From Gallionella sp. (GTDB taxonomy: Bacteria > Pseudomonadota > Gammaproteobacteria > Burkholderiales > Gallionellaceae), in contig JAQVVH010000004.1 in NCBI GenBank assembly GCA_028699065.1, forward strand, positions 1,589 through 65,588: DNA of 64,000 nucleotides, in the 5' to 3' direction. Numbering within the stretch: the stretch's first letter is position 1; each line of letters opens with the position of its first letter. The notes below the pieces were generated by a model. It was not told where the DNA came from, did no database searches, and worked only from the letters and a program-made list of their open reading frames with translations. Shown piece after piece: positions 8,767 to 16,437 of the stretch. The translations under genes were made by a program, and so were the position numbers.

Positions 8767-9107
8767 GCGCCGAACTTCGACGCCAGGCCGTAGTCTTCTG
8801 GGTAGCACTTCTCCAGGTCGTTGGCGATGTCGGCCTTGGCCGCGGCGATGTCTTCGATGCGCTCGGGCCGATATTCGTCTTCGGCACTGGCGAAGCACGG
8901 GGTATCGATGCGCTCGGGCCGATCGGCATCGAACACCCACGGCTCGGCCTCAGCCTGGTGCCGCGGCGCCGGGTCTTCAGCGGATCCGACTTCATAGATG
9001 GTGCCGTGGTGTGTCTTGGCGTAGGGCTTCAGATCCTTGGCGGTCGGCGAGATGGGGCCGGACCACGTGCCGTCGGGGTACTTCACGCCGAAGTGGTTGT
9101 GGCTCAT
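8763..9107 (-). CDS. Hypothetical protein
   Basis: ORF coupled by ATGA overlaps; phage-like codon use. Confidence 0.6.
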   Translation of the reverse strand: MSHNHFGVKYPDGTWSGPISPTAKDLKPYAKTHHGTIYEVGSAEDPAPRHQAEAEPWVFDADRPERIDTPCFASAEDEYRPERIEDIAAAKADIANDLEKCYPEDYGLASKFGA

Positions 9108-9433
9108 GATTTCAGGGCAGCTATCAGCGGGAAGTCGCGCGCCATGACTGCCATGACTTCCTCTTGGTCGATGTGCGGGAATAGGTTTTGCCGTGCCCGG
9201 ACGAGGCCGTTGTATAGGCGCACAGCGTTCTTTTCGAGGGCTTCAATTGTGCAAGCAAGGCACGGCTTACCCGTCTGCTTGTCCCGGTGGTCAGGGCAGA
9301 GATTATTTGCGAGGCTGTTCGTCGTCTTAACCACGAGAACCCGGTTCTCGGCCTCCAGCTCGGCGATGCGTGCCTTCATTGCGGCGTACATGTCGGCCTG
9401 GGTGGCGAACTTGCTCATTACGAACTGACTCAT
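9104..9433 (-). CDS. Hypothetical protein with CxxH...CxxC motif
   Basis: LCPDH...CLAC; coupled ORF. Confidence 0.55.
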   Translation of the reverse strand: MSQFVMSKFATQADMYAAMKARIAELEAENRVLVVKTTNSLANNLCPDHRDKQTGKPCLACTIEALEKNAVRLYNGLVRARQNLFPHIDQEEVMAVMARDFPLIAALKS

Positions 9434-9624
9434 GTGAACCTCTTCAGATTGATGCCGCGCGGCATGGGCGCGACAGGGGCGGGGCAGCCGGGCGGCTTGA
9501 CCTGGGTACGCAGGGCTAGGGCCTCACTGCGCCAGCCAACGGCGAGGGCTACGGCTGCCACGAGGGTGAGCACCAGCACTACGAGAGCGAAGTTGATGAG
9601 ACGGTCAGCGGTGCGGGGGCTCAT
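9430..9624 (-). CDS. Small membrane protein
   Basis: Hydrophobic stretch FALVVLVLTLVAAVALAVGW. Confidence 0.55.
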   Translation of the reverse strand: MSPRTADRLINFALVVLVLTLVAAVALAVGWRSEALALRTQVKPPGCPAPVAPMPRGINLKRFT

Positions 9625-9791
9625 AATGTTGACTCAGACACGGGGACTGCAACTAAGTTCCACCCACCGCAGTCGTTCTCTGCGAACCGGAACGATCGCC
9701 GATACTTCAGATCGGATAGCGGGCGGTGCTCGGCCAAGCACTCGGCGATGGCCTTGCCGTGACTGATAATGGCGTGATGGTAGGCGAGCAT
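9621..9791 (-). CDS. Hypothetical protein (56 aa, absent from ORF track)
   Basis: Manual translation MLAYHHAIISHGKAIAECL...; ATGA overlap with the next gene. Confidence 0.45.
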   Translation of the reverse strand: MLAYHHAIISHGKAIAECLAEHRPLSDLKYRRSFRFAENDCGGWNLVAVPVSESTL

Positions 9792-9795
9792 GGTT

Positions 9796-10098
9796 TTAGC
9801 GCGTGCGGGTGACTTTGACCAGGAACGCGATGTCCCCGGCCTTGCTCGCTGAGACGGCGGTGAACAGCGCGGTCTCGAACTGCCACTGCCGAATCATGTC
9901 GGGGCGCCTGCTGCGCGGCATGTTGACGCGGCGCTGCATATTGGCGTACCCCGGTAGCGTAGTCTCGACCCATCGGGTCTCGCCCGGCTGGAATGTGGTT
10001 AACCATTCGCTAGTGCTGTGGCGTGGCGGCTTCGGCTCACCAGCCTTCAACCGGCGCCGGCGCTCGACCTGATACGCACGCATTTCGTCTTTTGTCAT
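9796..10098 (-). CDS. Hypothetical protein
   Basis: AAGGAGG RBS before ATG 10098 (MTKDEMRAY). Confidence 0.55.
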   Translation of the reverse strand: MTKDEMRAYQVERRRRLKAGEPKPPRHSTSEWLTTFQPGETRWVETTLPGYANMQRRVNMPRSRRPDMIRQWQFETALFTAVSASKAGDIAFLVKVTRTR

Positions 10099-10115
10099 CT
10101 CTTCGGCCTCCTTCT

Positions 10116-10289
10116 TCAGTTGATGGTAACCCGCACGGCGCGGCGTTCGCGCAGCGCAGCAAGGTATGCAACAAGCCAGCGCACGGCATGCCGGCACCGC
10201 TGCGTGTTGATCCAGTCGACCTGTCGGAGGACAGCGTCCTCGCGGCAGGCGTTCCGGCGTTCGGGCCAGTGGGTGCGGGTCATGATCAT
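10116..10289 (-). CDS. Hypothetical protein (57 aa, absent from ORF track)
   Basis: Manual translation MIMTRTHWPERRNACRED...; ATGA overlap with upstream stop. Confidence 0.45.
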   Translation of the reverse strand: MIMTRTHWPERRNACREDAVLRQVDWINTQRCRHAVRWLVAYLAALRERRAVRVTIN

Positions 10290-10723
10290 GCCCTCATGAA
10301 ATACGACACGCCATCGAAGTCGACTTCCGTGTAATCCATCTTCAGCTCACGGCAGGCCTGCTCCCAATCGATGCAGGTGCAGGGCCAGGCGAGATCCTTC
10401 GGAATCATGCCGCAGTCTTCAGCCAGTTCCTGCGCGTAGTCTTGGAAGTAGGATTCCCGGATCAGGGTCTCGCCGTGCTCCCAGTCGCCATAGCCTTCAC
10501 CCTGGTCGGCTAGGGACTTCAGGGTCTTCAACTCTTCGGCCGCGTCCTGCAGGGTATGCGTGTCATTGGCAGCCGCCGCGTCTACCCACTCTTCGAAGGT
10601 GTTGGCGGGCTCCTCGCTTTCCGCCTCGTATTCATCCTGCAACTCACTTTCAAGCTCTTCAATCCGGGCTATCACGTCGCGCGAATCGATTACATCGTCG
10701 ATGTTGCTGGGTGCGTCTCTCAT
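10286..10723 (-). CDS. Acidic ArdA-like antirestriction protein (putative DNA mimic)
   Basis: Very acidic; C-terminal YAQELAEDCG...IDWEQACRELKMDY pattern resembles the ArdA C-terminal domain; early-region location. Confidence 0.5.
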   Translation of the reverse strand: MRDAPSNIDDVIDSRDVIARIEELESELQDEYEAESEEPANTFEEWVDAAAANDTHTLQDAAEELKTLKSLADQGEGYGDWEHGETLIRESYFQDYAQELAEDCGMIPKDLAWPCTCIDWEQACRELKMDYTEVDFDGVSYFMRA

Positions 10724-10727
10724 GATG

Positions 10728-10871
10728 TCAGACTCCAAAGTAAATTGACAAGGCAGCGGCTAGGACCGTGCCGAAAACTACCGCCGCATCCGGATTGATA
10801 TCCGGCAGGGCGGTCAGGTTGATGCGCCGCGCCGACTTCAGCGCGGTTTGGAACAAGGTGCGGGCGGTCAT
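10728..10871 (-). CDS. Small protein with C-terminal transmembrane segment
   Basis: AAVVFGTVLAAALSIYFGV; ATGA overlap. Confidence 0.45.
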   Translation of the reverse strand: MTARTLFQTALKSARRINLTALPDINPDAAVVFGTVLAAALSIYFGV

Positions 10872-11029
10872 AGTGGCGCCCTCTTGATGTCGATTTCCCA
10901 GATGGCACGCTCCCATCGATCAACGTCCGCGGATAGCTGGGCGATGCTGGAGGGCCGCCGGCCGGTTGACCGGGCTATGGCGAGCTCCAGTTTCGACAGG
11001 CGCAGCAGCAGGGTGTAGACGGCGCGCAT
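10868..11029 (-). CDS. Hypothetical protein (53 aa, absent from ORF track)
   Basis: Manual translation MRAVYTLLLRLSKLELAIARST...; GGAGGG RBS. Confidence 0.5.
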   Translation of the reverse strand: MRAVYTLLLRLSKLELAIARSTGRRPSSIAQLSADVDRWERAIWEIDIKRAPL

Positions 11030-11032
11030 GGT

Positions 11033-11437
11033 CTAGCCCTCCAATGAATAGTAGACTTCGCCATCCGTGGCGCGGAATATGTTGCCGCTGCACTGCCCGG
11101 CGTGCGCGCGCTCCTCGTATGCGATCCAGTCGTCGGCGGTAGACTCCGGGCCGATATCAGCCTCGCGCATGTCGCCTGCGATCAACTGCATAAATAGGGC
11201 GTTCAATTCGACTTCAGTCCAGGCGGCTATCTCTTCATCAGACCAGGCGCCGAAACCGCGGATATGTTCCTTGAATGCCTCGCGCTTGGCGTCGTCGTCC
11301 AGCAGCATATTGGCCGGGCTATCGTCGCACGCGGCCGCCCATGTTGCCGGGCCTGCATCGGCGCCAATCTCTGCCACTGACGCGCTGTAATCCATCGGCG
11401 CCGCGGTGTTGAAAAAGTGAGTGATGTTGATTTCCAT
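11033..11437 (-). CDS. Hypothetical acidic early protein
   Basis: AGGAGG RBS; clean ORF. Confidence 0.65.
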   Translation of the reverse strand: MEINITHFFNTAAPMDYSASVAEIGADAGPATWAAACDDSPANMLLDDDAKREAFKEHIRGFGAWSDEEIAAWTEVELNALFMQLIAGDMREADIGPESTADDWIAYEERAHAGQCSGNIFRATDGEVYYSLEG

Positions 11438-11545
11438 AATCCTGCCCTCCTAATTCAATTCGCGGTGCGGCCGCGCCCGGTTTGAAACTCTGCGAATTCA
11501 CATACTGCAGCGGGCCTCGTTCCCGCTGGGATATGTGGACTCGAT

Positions 11546-12265
11546 TCAGTACCCGGGCGCCGCGGTCCAGTAGTCCTCCTCTCTCGCCTTGATAATTTTG
11601 AATTGCTCGGCGCGATCGCGAAGCCCGGCTTTTATGGTGCTGGCCAGGGCGATGCAAACCGCGGGCGTGTACTTCTTGCCGTGCTGCTTGATCTCGCGGA
11701 TAAGCGATAGTGTAGTCTGGTTTATGCCGTGGATCTCTTCCCGCGCCTGCTCGATATCGGATTCTGCCAGGGATTTGGCGTTATCCTCGCGCGCCTCTTC
11801 AGCTTCGCGCTCGGCATAATGGTCTGCACTTCGCGCGGCCTCGCGGCATGCCCGGTCGTGTTCCTCTTCAGTCGCGCCCTTGGGCACTAGCTCTGCATCG
11901 CCGAGATAGTGCACCGTGCCATCCCATCCCGTGCAGAGTGTTGCCGGTATATACAGCGTGCCTCGCGGGCATCGCATGCGGCATACATGGCCGACAATGA
12001 GCGCGTCGTAATGGGTATCCGAATACCATCCATTATGGTCGATCATGCGCGGATACAGCTTCCCGACCGGGCCAAGATCATCGCCGTATTGGTCAATCGA
12101 ATCGGTGAAGACTTCACCCTTCTGGCCGCGTACATTGTTCGGCCGCGGCGCCCCCCATGCGGACGGGTGGAATTGCTTGGTATCCCGCCAGGTTAGCGGC
12201 CGGACCCAGCGCGGATTTAGGGCTTCGTCGCGGTATTGTTGCAGGCGCTGTGCTGCTGTTTTCAT
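11546..12265 (-). CDS. Hypothetical early protein with coiled-coil C-terminus
   Basis: 239-aa ORF coupled to the upstream gene. Confidence 0.65.
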   Translation of the reverse strand: MKTAAQRLQQYRDEALNPRWVRPLTWRDTKQFHPSAWGAPRPNNVRGQKGEVFTDSIDQYGDDLGPVGKLYPRMIDHNGWYSDTHYDALIVGHVCRMRCPRGTLYIPATLCTGWDGTVHYLGDAELVPKGATEEEHDRACREAARSADHYAEREAEEAREDNAKSLAESDIEQAREEIHGINQTTLSLIREIKQHGKKYTPAVCIALASTIKAGLRDRAEQFKIIKAREEDYWTAAPGY

Positions 12266-12447
12266 GATTGCCCTTTCTTATAGGCTTCAAGAATTCGCGC
12301 GGCCTCGCGGGCCAGGCGGTCAATTTCCCATTGTGGCAAGGGCGGCCGGTTGTCAGTCATAATGGCCGGGCTTTCGAGTAGCTTCCGGAGCTCGCGGCCC
12401 TTGCCAGGGAAGGCGCGCTCTAGGGTTTTGATGCTGGGTAGATTCAT
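12262..12447 (-). CDS. Hypothetical protein
   Basis: ATGA overlaps at both ends. Confidence 0.5.
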   Translation of the reverse strand: MNLPSIKTLERAFPGKGRELRKLLESPAIMTDNRPPLPQWEIDRLAREAARILEAYKKGQS

Positions 12448-12674
12448 TTGGCGCCCCCTTCAGTCAAGGCCGTGAACCAGTCCTGCGGTCGGGTTTCGAA
12501 GTCGCGCGCGCCCCATTGGCCAATATGCTTGGACGTGGTGACGCTGTGTCTTTCGGCCGTGCGATAGTTACCGGCCGGGCCGCGGCACGCGACGGGCGTG
12601 CTATAGCTGAAGAGGATAGTATTCTCGCCTACCTGCAGCTCTGTGCGGTTCGCACCTAGTGATTTGATTTTCAT
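12444..12674 (-). CDS. Conserved-looking phage early hypothetical protein
   Basis: ILFSYSTPVA...SVTTSKHI pattern common in phage early genes. Confidence 0.6.
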   Translation of the reverse strand: MKIKSLGANRTELQVGENTILFSYSTPVACRGPAGNYRTAERHSVTTSKHIGQWGARDFETRPQDWFTALTEGGAK

Positions 12675-12949
12675 GATGTATATATCCCGTAGTCAATATC
12701 CACGGTCAATTGTGGGTCAAAAGATTTGCCGATGTAGGCGGATCCGGCATTGCTGAAGCAAATAACCTTGACGCGGTACCAGCGGCCGTGCCATTGGATC
12801 TGATAGGGCGTAGGGAGGGCGCGACCGTAGCCACTAGCAGTCTGTCCTTTGCGCGGCCGCGCGGTTTCGCGCACGGGAACCGATACTGTGCAATAGCTAT
12901 CGTATGAGCCATCCGGCCGCCGGCATTTTGTGTTGACATAGGCGAGCAT
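12671..12949 (-). CDS. Hypothetical protein
   Basis: GYGRALPTPYQIQWHGRWYRV..CFSNAGS; start at ATG 12949. Confidence 0.55.
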   Translation of the reverse strand: MLAYVNTKCRRPDGSYDSYCTVSVPVRETARPRKGQTASGYGRALPTPYQIQWHGRWYRVKVICFSNAGSAYIGKSFDPQLTVDIDYGIYTS

Positions 12950-12951
12950 GA

Positions 12952-13437
12952 TTAGCCCCAATTCAATTCTGCTACTTGGTTGATAAGGTCGCGCGCACAC
13001 TCGCGCGAATTCGTTGCACGGTAGACGCGAGTGACACCCCAGTCGCGGCACCCATAGGCGCCGCCGGTGTAGCTATTGTCGCCGGTTTGCCAGGACCATT
13101 CACCTGTGAGAGTGTTGACGCCAATGGTCAAATCAATTCCGGGCTTATCATCCTCATCGGCGATGTAGTCGGGATCCGATTGTGGGACCTGCGCCTTAAC
13201 GTGTCGCACCAATGCCGCGACGTCCTTGATACTGGGGAGCTTGACCGGCGGCCGGTATTCTTTCACGATCTCACCGTCTACCACCATGGTTACCGGTTCG
13301 CCGGCCGCGTGCCCGCCGTCGTCGCGACTAAGCGCGCAGTATTCGCGGTAGGTCGCATGCGCGGCCGCAAGGGCGCCCGGGCCGGCACGATCGAGAACCG
13401 TGCCAATGTTACCGACTATCACTTGATAGCTTTTCAT
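12952..13437 (-). CDS. Hypothetical early protein
   Basis: MKSYQVIVGNIGTV start with ATGA overlap. Confidence 0.6.
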   Translation of the reverse strand: MKSYQVIVGNIGTVLDRAGPGALAAAHATYREYCALSRDDGGHAAGEPVTMVVDGEIVKEYRPPVKLPSIKDVAALVRHVKAQVPQSDPDYIADEDDKPGIDLTIGVNTLTGEWSWQTGDNSYTGGAYGCRDWGVTRVYRATNSRECARDLINQVAELNWG

Positions 13438-13643
13438 GATGCACCCCACTCGGCCGCATTGGCGCACTCGTCGCACTGGTAGCCTCGCATCTTATCGGCA
13501 TAGGTCAAGCGATCGGGCGCGCCGCAAGTCGGGCATGGCAGATTGCGCGGATTATCGCGCGTTGCGCGCCGCAAGGCGGATCCGGTATTGGCGAATTCGC
13601 GCGCATTGTGCGGCGCGCAGTCCTCTTGATAGTATCGACTCAT
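13434..13643 (-). CDS. Small zinc-ribbon protein
   Basis: CPTC...CDEC; GAGGAG RBS; first gene after the 13736 promoter. Confidence 0.6.
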   Translation of the reverse strand: MSRYYQEDCAPHNAREFANTGSALRRATRDNPRNLPCPTCGAPDRLTYADKMRGYQCDECANAAEWGAS

Positions 13644-13707
13644 GATTTGCTCCTCGTTGCTGCCAGGCTATAGCGGCGCCGGGCTTGCCGTGGTGCTGAT
13701 AGTTGTC

Positions 13708-13736
13708 ATGGTAGACGCAGGGCGTAGGGTAGTCAA
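13708..13736 (-). promoter_or_regulatory. Sigma70-like early promoter
   Basis: TTGACT-17 bp-TACCAT on the minus strand. Confidence 0.7.
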
Positions 13737-13784
13737 GGGCTTTACATATCACTTGTTCTGATACTGGCGCCCTTGACTATCAGG

Positions 13785-14210
13785 CTATCGCCCTATTGTG
13801 GACTGCGCTCTGAGCGCGTCGCGCACCACGTGCCAGGCTTTCAGGCCGCCGGAGCGCATTACAGCGACGCGCGTCTCATTGCAGCTGCGGCAAATAGGCT
13901 GCAGGCCATCGGGCGCCGGTGCGCACTTGTTGAAGGCTTCCGGCGGTTTCGGGGTATGGCATGCCGTGCAGCGCTTGCCCGATACCATATAGACGCCCAT
14001 TTTCGCTTCGATACGGGCGCGCTTTCGACCGTCCTTAGTGTAAGCCGCTATCGCATATTCGCGGCGCACGGTCTCACGGGTTAGCGTAACAATCTCACTG
14101 GCAGGTCGCGTCAGACACATCGAGCACGCTACGGCGCCGGCGTAAAAGTCTGACGCCGGGCGATCGCGGCCGCAGCATAGGCAATAGGTTGTAGGGTCAA
14201 TAGGCTTCAC
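13785..14210 (-). CDS. Double C4 zinc-binding protein, no nuclease domain
   Basis: CLCC...CSMC and CTAC...CRSC motifs. Confidence 0.6.
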   Translation of the reverse strand: MKPIDPTTYCLCCGRDRPASDFYAGAVACSMCLTRPASEIVTLTRETVRREYAIAAYTKDGRKRARIEAKMGVYMVSGKRCTACHTPKPPEAFNKCAPAPDGLQPICRSCNETRVAVMRSGGLKAWHVVRDALRAQSTIGR

Positions 14211-14250
14211 GGTATAAAATCCTCGCAGGTAGGTTGAATGATGCCCTTAC

Positions 14251-14278
14251 AGTATAGCGCGCGGCCGCGCATAGTCAA
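14251..14278 (-). promoter_or_regulatory. Sigma70-like early promoter
   Basis: TTGACT-16 bp-TATACT; spacer contains the 12-bp palindrome GCGCGGCCGCGC. Confidence 0.7.
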
Positions 14279-14280
14279 GG

Positions 14281-14700
14281 TATATCCCGACTTTATTTAG
14301 CGCATAGTGCAGTAGTTATGCGCGTAAATACCGCACTATGTGTTTTTATTGCGGCGCCGTGCGAGTGAGGATAAACGCAAGGCATTGATACCGCTAGGCT
14401 TTTCGGAGCGCTAATAACATACTACACCGGATAAGGCGCGCTAATGGTCTTTTTTTCTCTCAGTCGGGCGTTTACGCGCTCGAAACCTTAGGCCTAAACT
14501 ACCTGAGGTTCACGCGTAGCCTATCGAAAAAAGAGGCATTAGTGATACTAGTGATATCTGATACTATATATTTATAAGGTATTGAGTACTCGAAAGCCTT
14601 GTAAATCAATGGTTTAGCCGCGGCACGTGCTAGGGTACACTATTAGATTATTTTAATTAGTGGGGTATTTACGCGCATCATTGTTTGACTATCCCGACTA
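14281..14700. other. AT-rich non-coding region; candidate origin or packaging/terminus region
   Basis: No credible ORF, much more AT-rich than the rest, bounded by a 15-bp inverted repeat, lies between divergent promoters. Confidence 0.45.
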
Positions 14701-14734
14701 TCTTAACGCCCGGCGGCCGCGCCTCATGCTGCAG

Positions 14735-14845
14735 GGCGCCCGACATCGATGCGCCTGCCTGGCGCAGATCGCCCGGCCGTGAGGCGCCCGACATCGATTC
14801 ACCTACCTGGCGCAGCTCGCTCACCTGGCGCAGCTCGCTCACCTG
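14735..14845 (+). repeat. Nested direct repeats (48-bp spacing plus 18-bp tandem)
   Basis: GGCGCCCGACATCGAT at 14735 and 14783; ACCTGGCGCAGCTCGCTC at 14805 and 14823, partial at 14841, degenerate copy at 14757. Confidence 0.9.
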
Positions 14846-14995
14846 CCATGCGCATGCGCCCGTTACGCCAGGCTTTTCTGCCGCCCAGCGGTCGAGCGGC
14901 GAGGCGGCCTTGGGGGGCGCGGCTTCGCGGCCGGGCGGTGGTGTTCGGTACCGTGTGTACGACAACGCCAAAATCCAAGTACCCCCAAATAAAAC

Positions 14996-15024
14996 TTGAC
15001 AAGTCCCCCCTACGGTGCTATGAT
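14996..15024 (+). promoter_or_regulatory. Strong sigma70-like rightward promoter
   Basis: TTGACA-17 bp-TATGAT with extended -10 TG; AGGAGA RBS downstream. Confidence 0.8.
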
Positions 15025-15043
15025 GTAATTTTAGGAGATAAAA

Positions 15044-15625
15044 ATGCGCTACCAAAACGACCTCACCGGAAAAATTTTCGGGTTCCTGACAGCAGTGTGT
15101 CAAGCGCCCCCAACCGCCGGAAACCGAGGCCTAAAGTGGGTATGCAGATGTGAGTGCGGCGGCGAGGCTGTAGTGCGCAACGACCGGCTCGTATCAGGCA
15201 AGACGCGCTCCTGCGGGTGCCTGCAGCGGGCGCTGGCGCGATTGCCGCCTGCGGAGCGCACGGCGGTCGGGAAGCTGGGCAAGCAGCTCCAGGCTAAGAT
15301 CAATGAAGAAAATCCGAGGCTTCGCACGTTCTATGTGCCCAAGGTGGGGGCCGATATGTACCACGCGCTGCCACACGGGACATATCAACGCCTGTTAGAC
15401 GAGCAGCAGGGAGTGTGCGCAGTATGTCAGCGCACGCCAGAGGTAGCCGGGAAGCTGCACCTCGACCATGATCACGCCACCGAGCAGGTACGCGGTCTGC
15501 TATGTAGCGGGTGTAATACTGGGCTCGGCTTGTTCAGGGAAGACCCTGCTGCGCTGCGCCGTGCTGCTGAATATCTGGCCCTTGTGCGAGTGCCACTATT
15601 ACGCGGGGTAAGGAAATTGACATAG
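15044..15625 (+). CDS. Endonuclease VII-family nuclease with N-terminal Cys-rich DNA-binding module
   Basis: QQGVCAVC...LHLDHDH..EQVRGLLCSGCNTGLG..REDP..L.RA.EYL. Confidence 0.85.
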   Translation: MRYQNDLTGKIFGFLTAVCQAPPTAGNRGLKWVCRCECGGEAVVRNDRLVSGKTRSCGCLQRALARLPPAERTAVGKLGKQLQAKINEENPRLRTFYVPKVGADMYHALPHGTYQRLLDEQQGVCAVCQRTPEVAGKLHLDHDHATEQVRGLLCSGCNTGLGLFREDPAALRRAAEYLALVRVPLLRGVRKLT

Positions 15626-15659
15626 AAGCGAAGGATAAGGCTGTCAATCTCTTAACTGC

Positions 15660-15688
15660 TTGACAGCGCCGCCGTTCCATGCCATACT
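15660..15688 (+). promoter_or_regulatory. Sigma70-like promoter
   Basis: TTGACA-17 bp-CATACT with extended -10 TG. Confidence 0.7.
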
Positions 15689-15738
15689 ATCCTCACGGTC
15701 AGCAATTAAGCGGGCCTACTCACAGGAGCTAGAACCCT

Positions 15739-15894
15739 ATGAACACCACAGCCGTAAGTTCCGCACTCGACCGCGCCGCCGCGAAGTCCGCAGCCGCGAC
15801 AACGTCACTCGAAGCCCAGCAGTACGCCCAGGCAGCGCTCAGTCTGGCGCACGCCCTCGCGACGCTCGAAGGCATCAAGCAGGCCGCGAAGTAG
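15739..15894 (+). CDS. Small Ala-rich hypothetical protein (51 aa)
   Basis: AGGAG RBS; manual translation MNTTAVSSALDRAAAK... Confidence 0.55.
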   Translation: MNTTAVSSALDRAAAKSAAATTSLEAQQYAQAALSLAHALATLEGIKQAAK

Positions 15895-15896
15895 CT

Positions 15897-16070
15897 ATGA
15901 CAGCGCCATGGGTGGGCGTCAGGCTTCTGGAGTTCGACCGCCCATGGCGCCTGCCCTGGCTGTCCGTTGAACTCGCGGAGCGCGAGATGAAAATTCAGGA
16001 GTATGAAGAAGATGCTGTCACCATATTCACCGATTCACTAGAGGAGATGCCAGAATGCAACAAGTCCTGA
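15897..16070 (+). CDS. Hypothetical protein
   Basis: MTAPWVGVRLLEFDRPW...; 3' part of the track ORF 15660-16070. Confidence 0.4.
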   Translation: MTAPWVGVRLLEFDRPWRLPWLSVELAEREMKIQEYEEDAVTIFTDSLEEMPECNKS

Positions 16071-16255
16071 AAGACGCGCGGTACGAAATCCTAGCGCTTC
16101 GCCGCCAGAACGAAGTCCTGTCCGCGCAGATGGGGGTAGTTGAGGTCTTCGCCGCCGCGTTGGGCCTCCGTCGCGAGTCGAGTGGCGCAGCACCTGATGT
16201 CGTCCAGCAGATCGACCGGCAGTTGCGCTCCATGGACGAGCGGGGTGAGAAGTGA
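16055..16255 (+). CDS. Hypothetical coiled-coil protein
   Basis: GAGGAG RBS; coupled to the next gene. Confidence 0.55.
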   Translation: MQQVLKDARYEILALRRQNEVLSAQMGVVEVFAAALGLRRESSGAAPDVVQQIDRQLRSMDERGEK

Positions 16256-16437
16256 CCCAAGTCCCAACCATCCCCCACATCCAGCAGCGCGGCTACGACA
16301 GCATGCTCGCGGCCCGGTCGCTGCGCGGGCCGAACCACCCCGAGGGCTTCGTGTTCAACCCCTACCCGCTCGACACCGTTGAGCGCATCAACTTCAACGT
16401 CGGCTGCATCGTCGCCGCGTTCCCGAAACTGCAATGA
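16252..16437 (+). CDS. Hypothetical protein
   Basis: GTGA/ATGA overlaps. Confidence 0.5.
   Translation: MTQVPTIPHIQQRGYDSMLAARSLRGPNHPEGFVFNPYPLDTVERINFNVGCIVAAFPKLQ

Noticed and set aside
14735-14845. Possible CRISPR mini-array
   Set aside because: Repeats are tandem or at one 48-bp spacing with similar intervening sequence, there are no unique spacers, and no cas genes
14685-14999. Plus-strand ORF across the repeat region
   Set aside because: No RBS, its openness is explained by GC-rich repeats, and it lies upstream of the rightward promoter; not called, though not fully excluded
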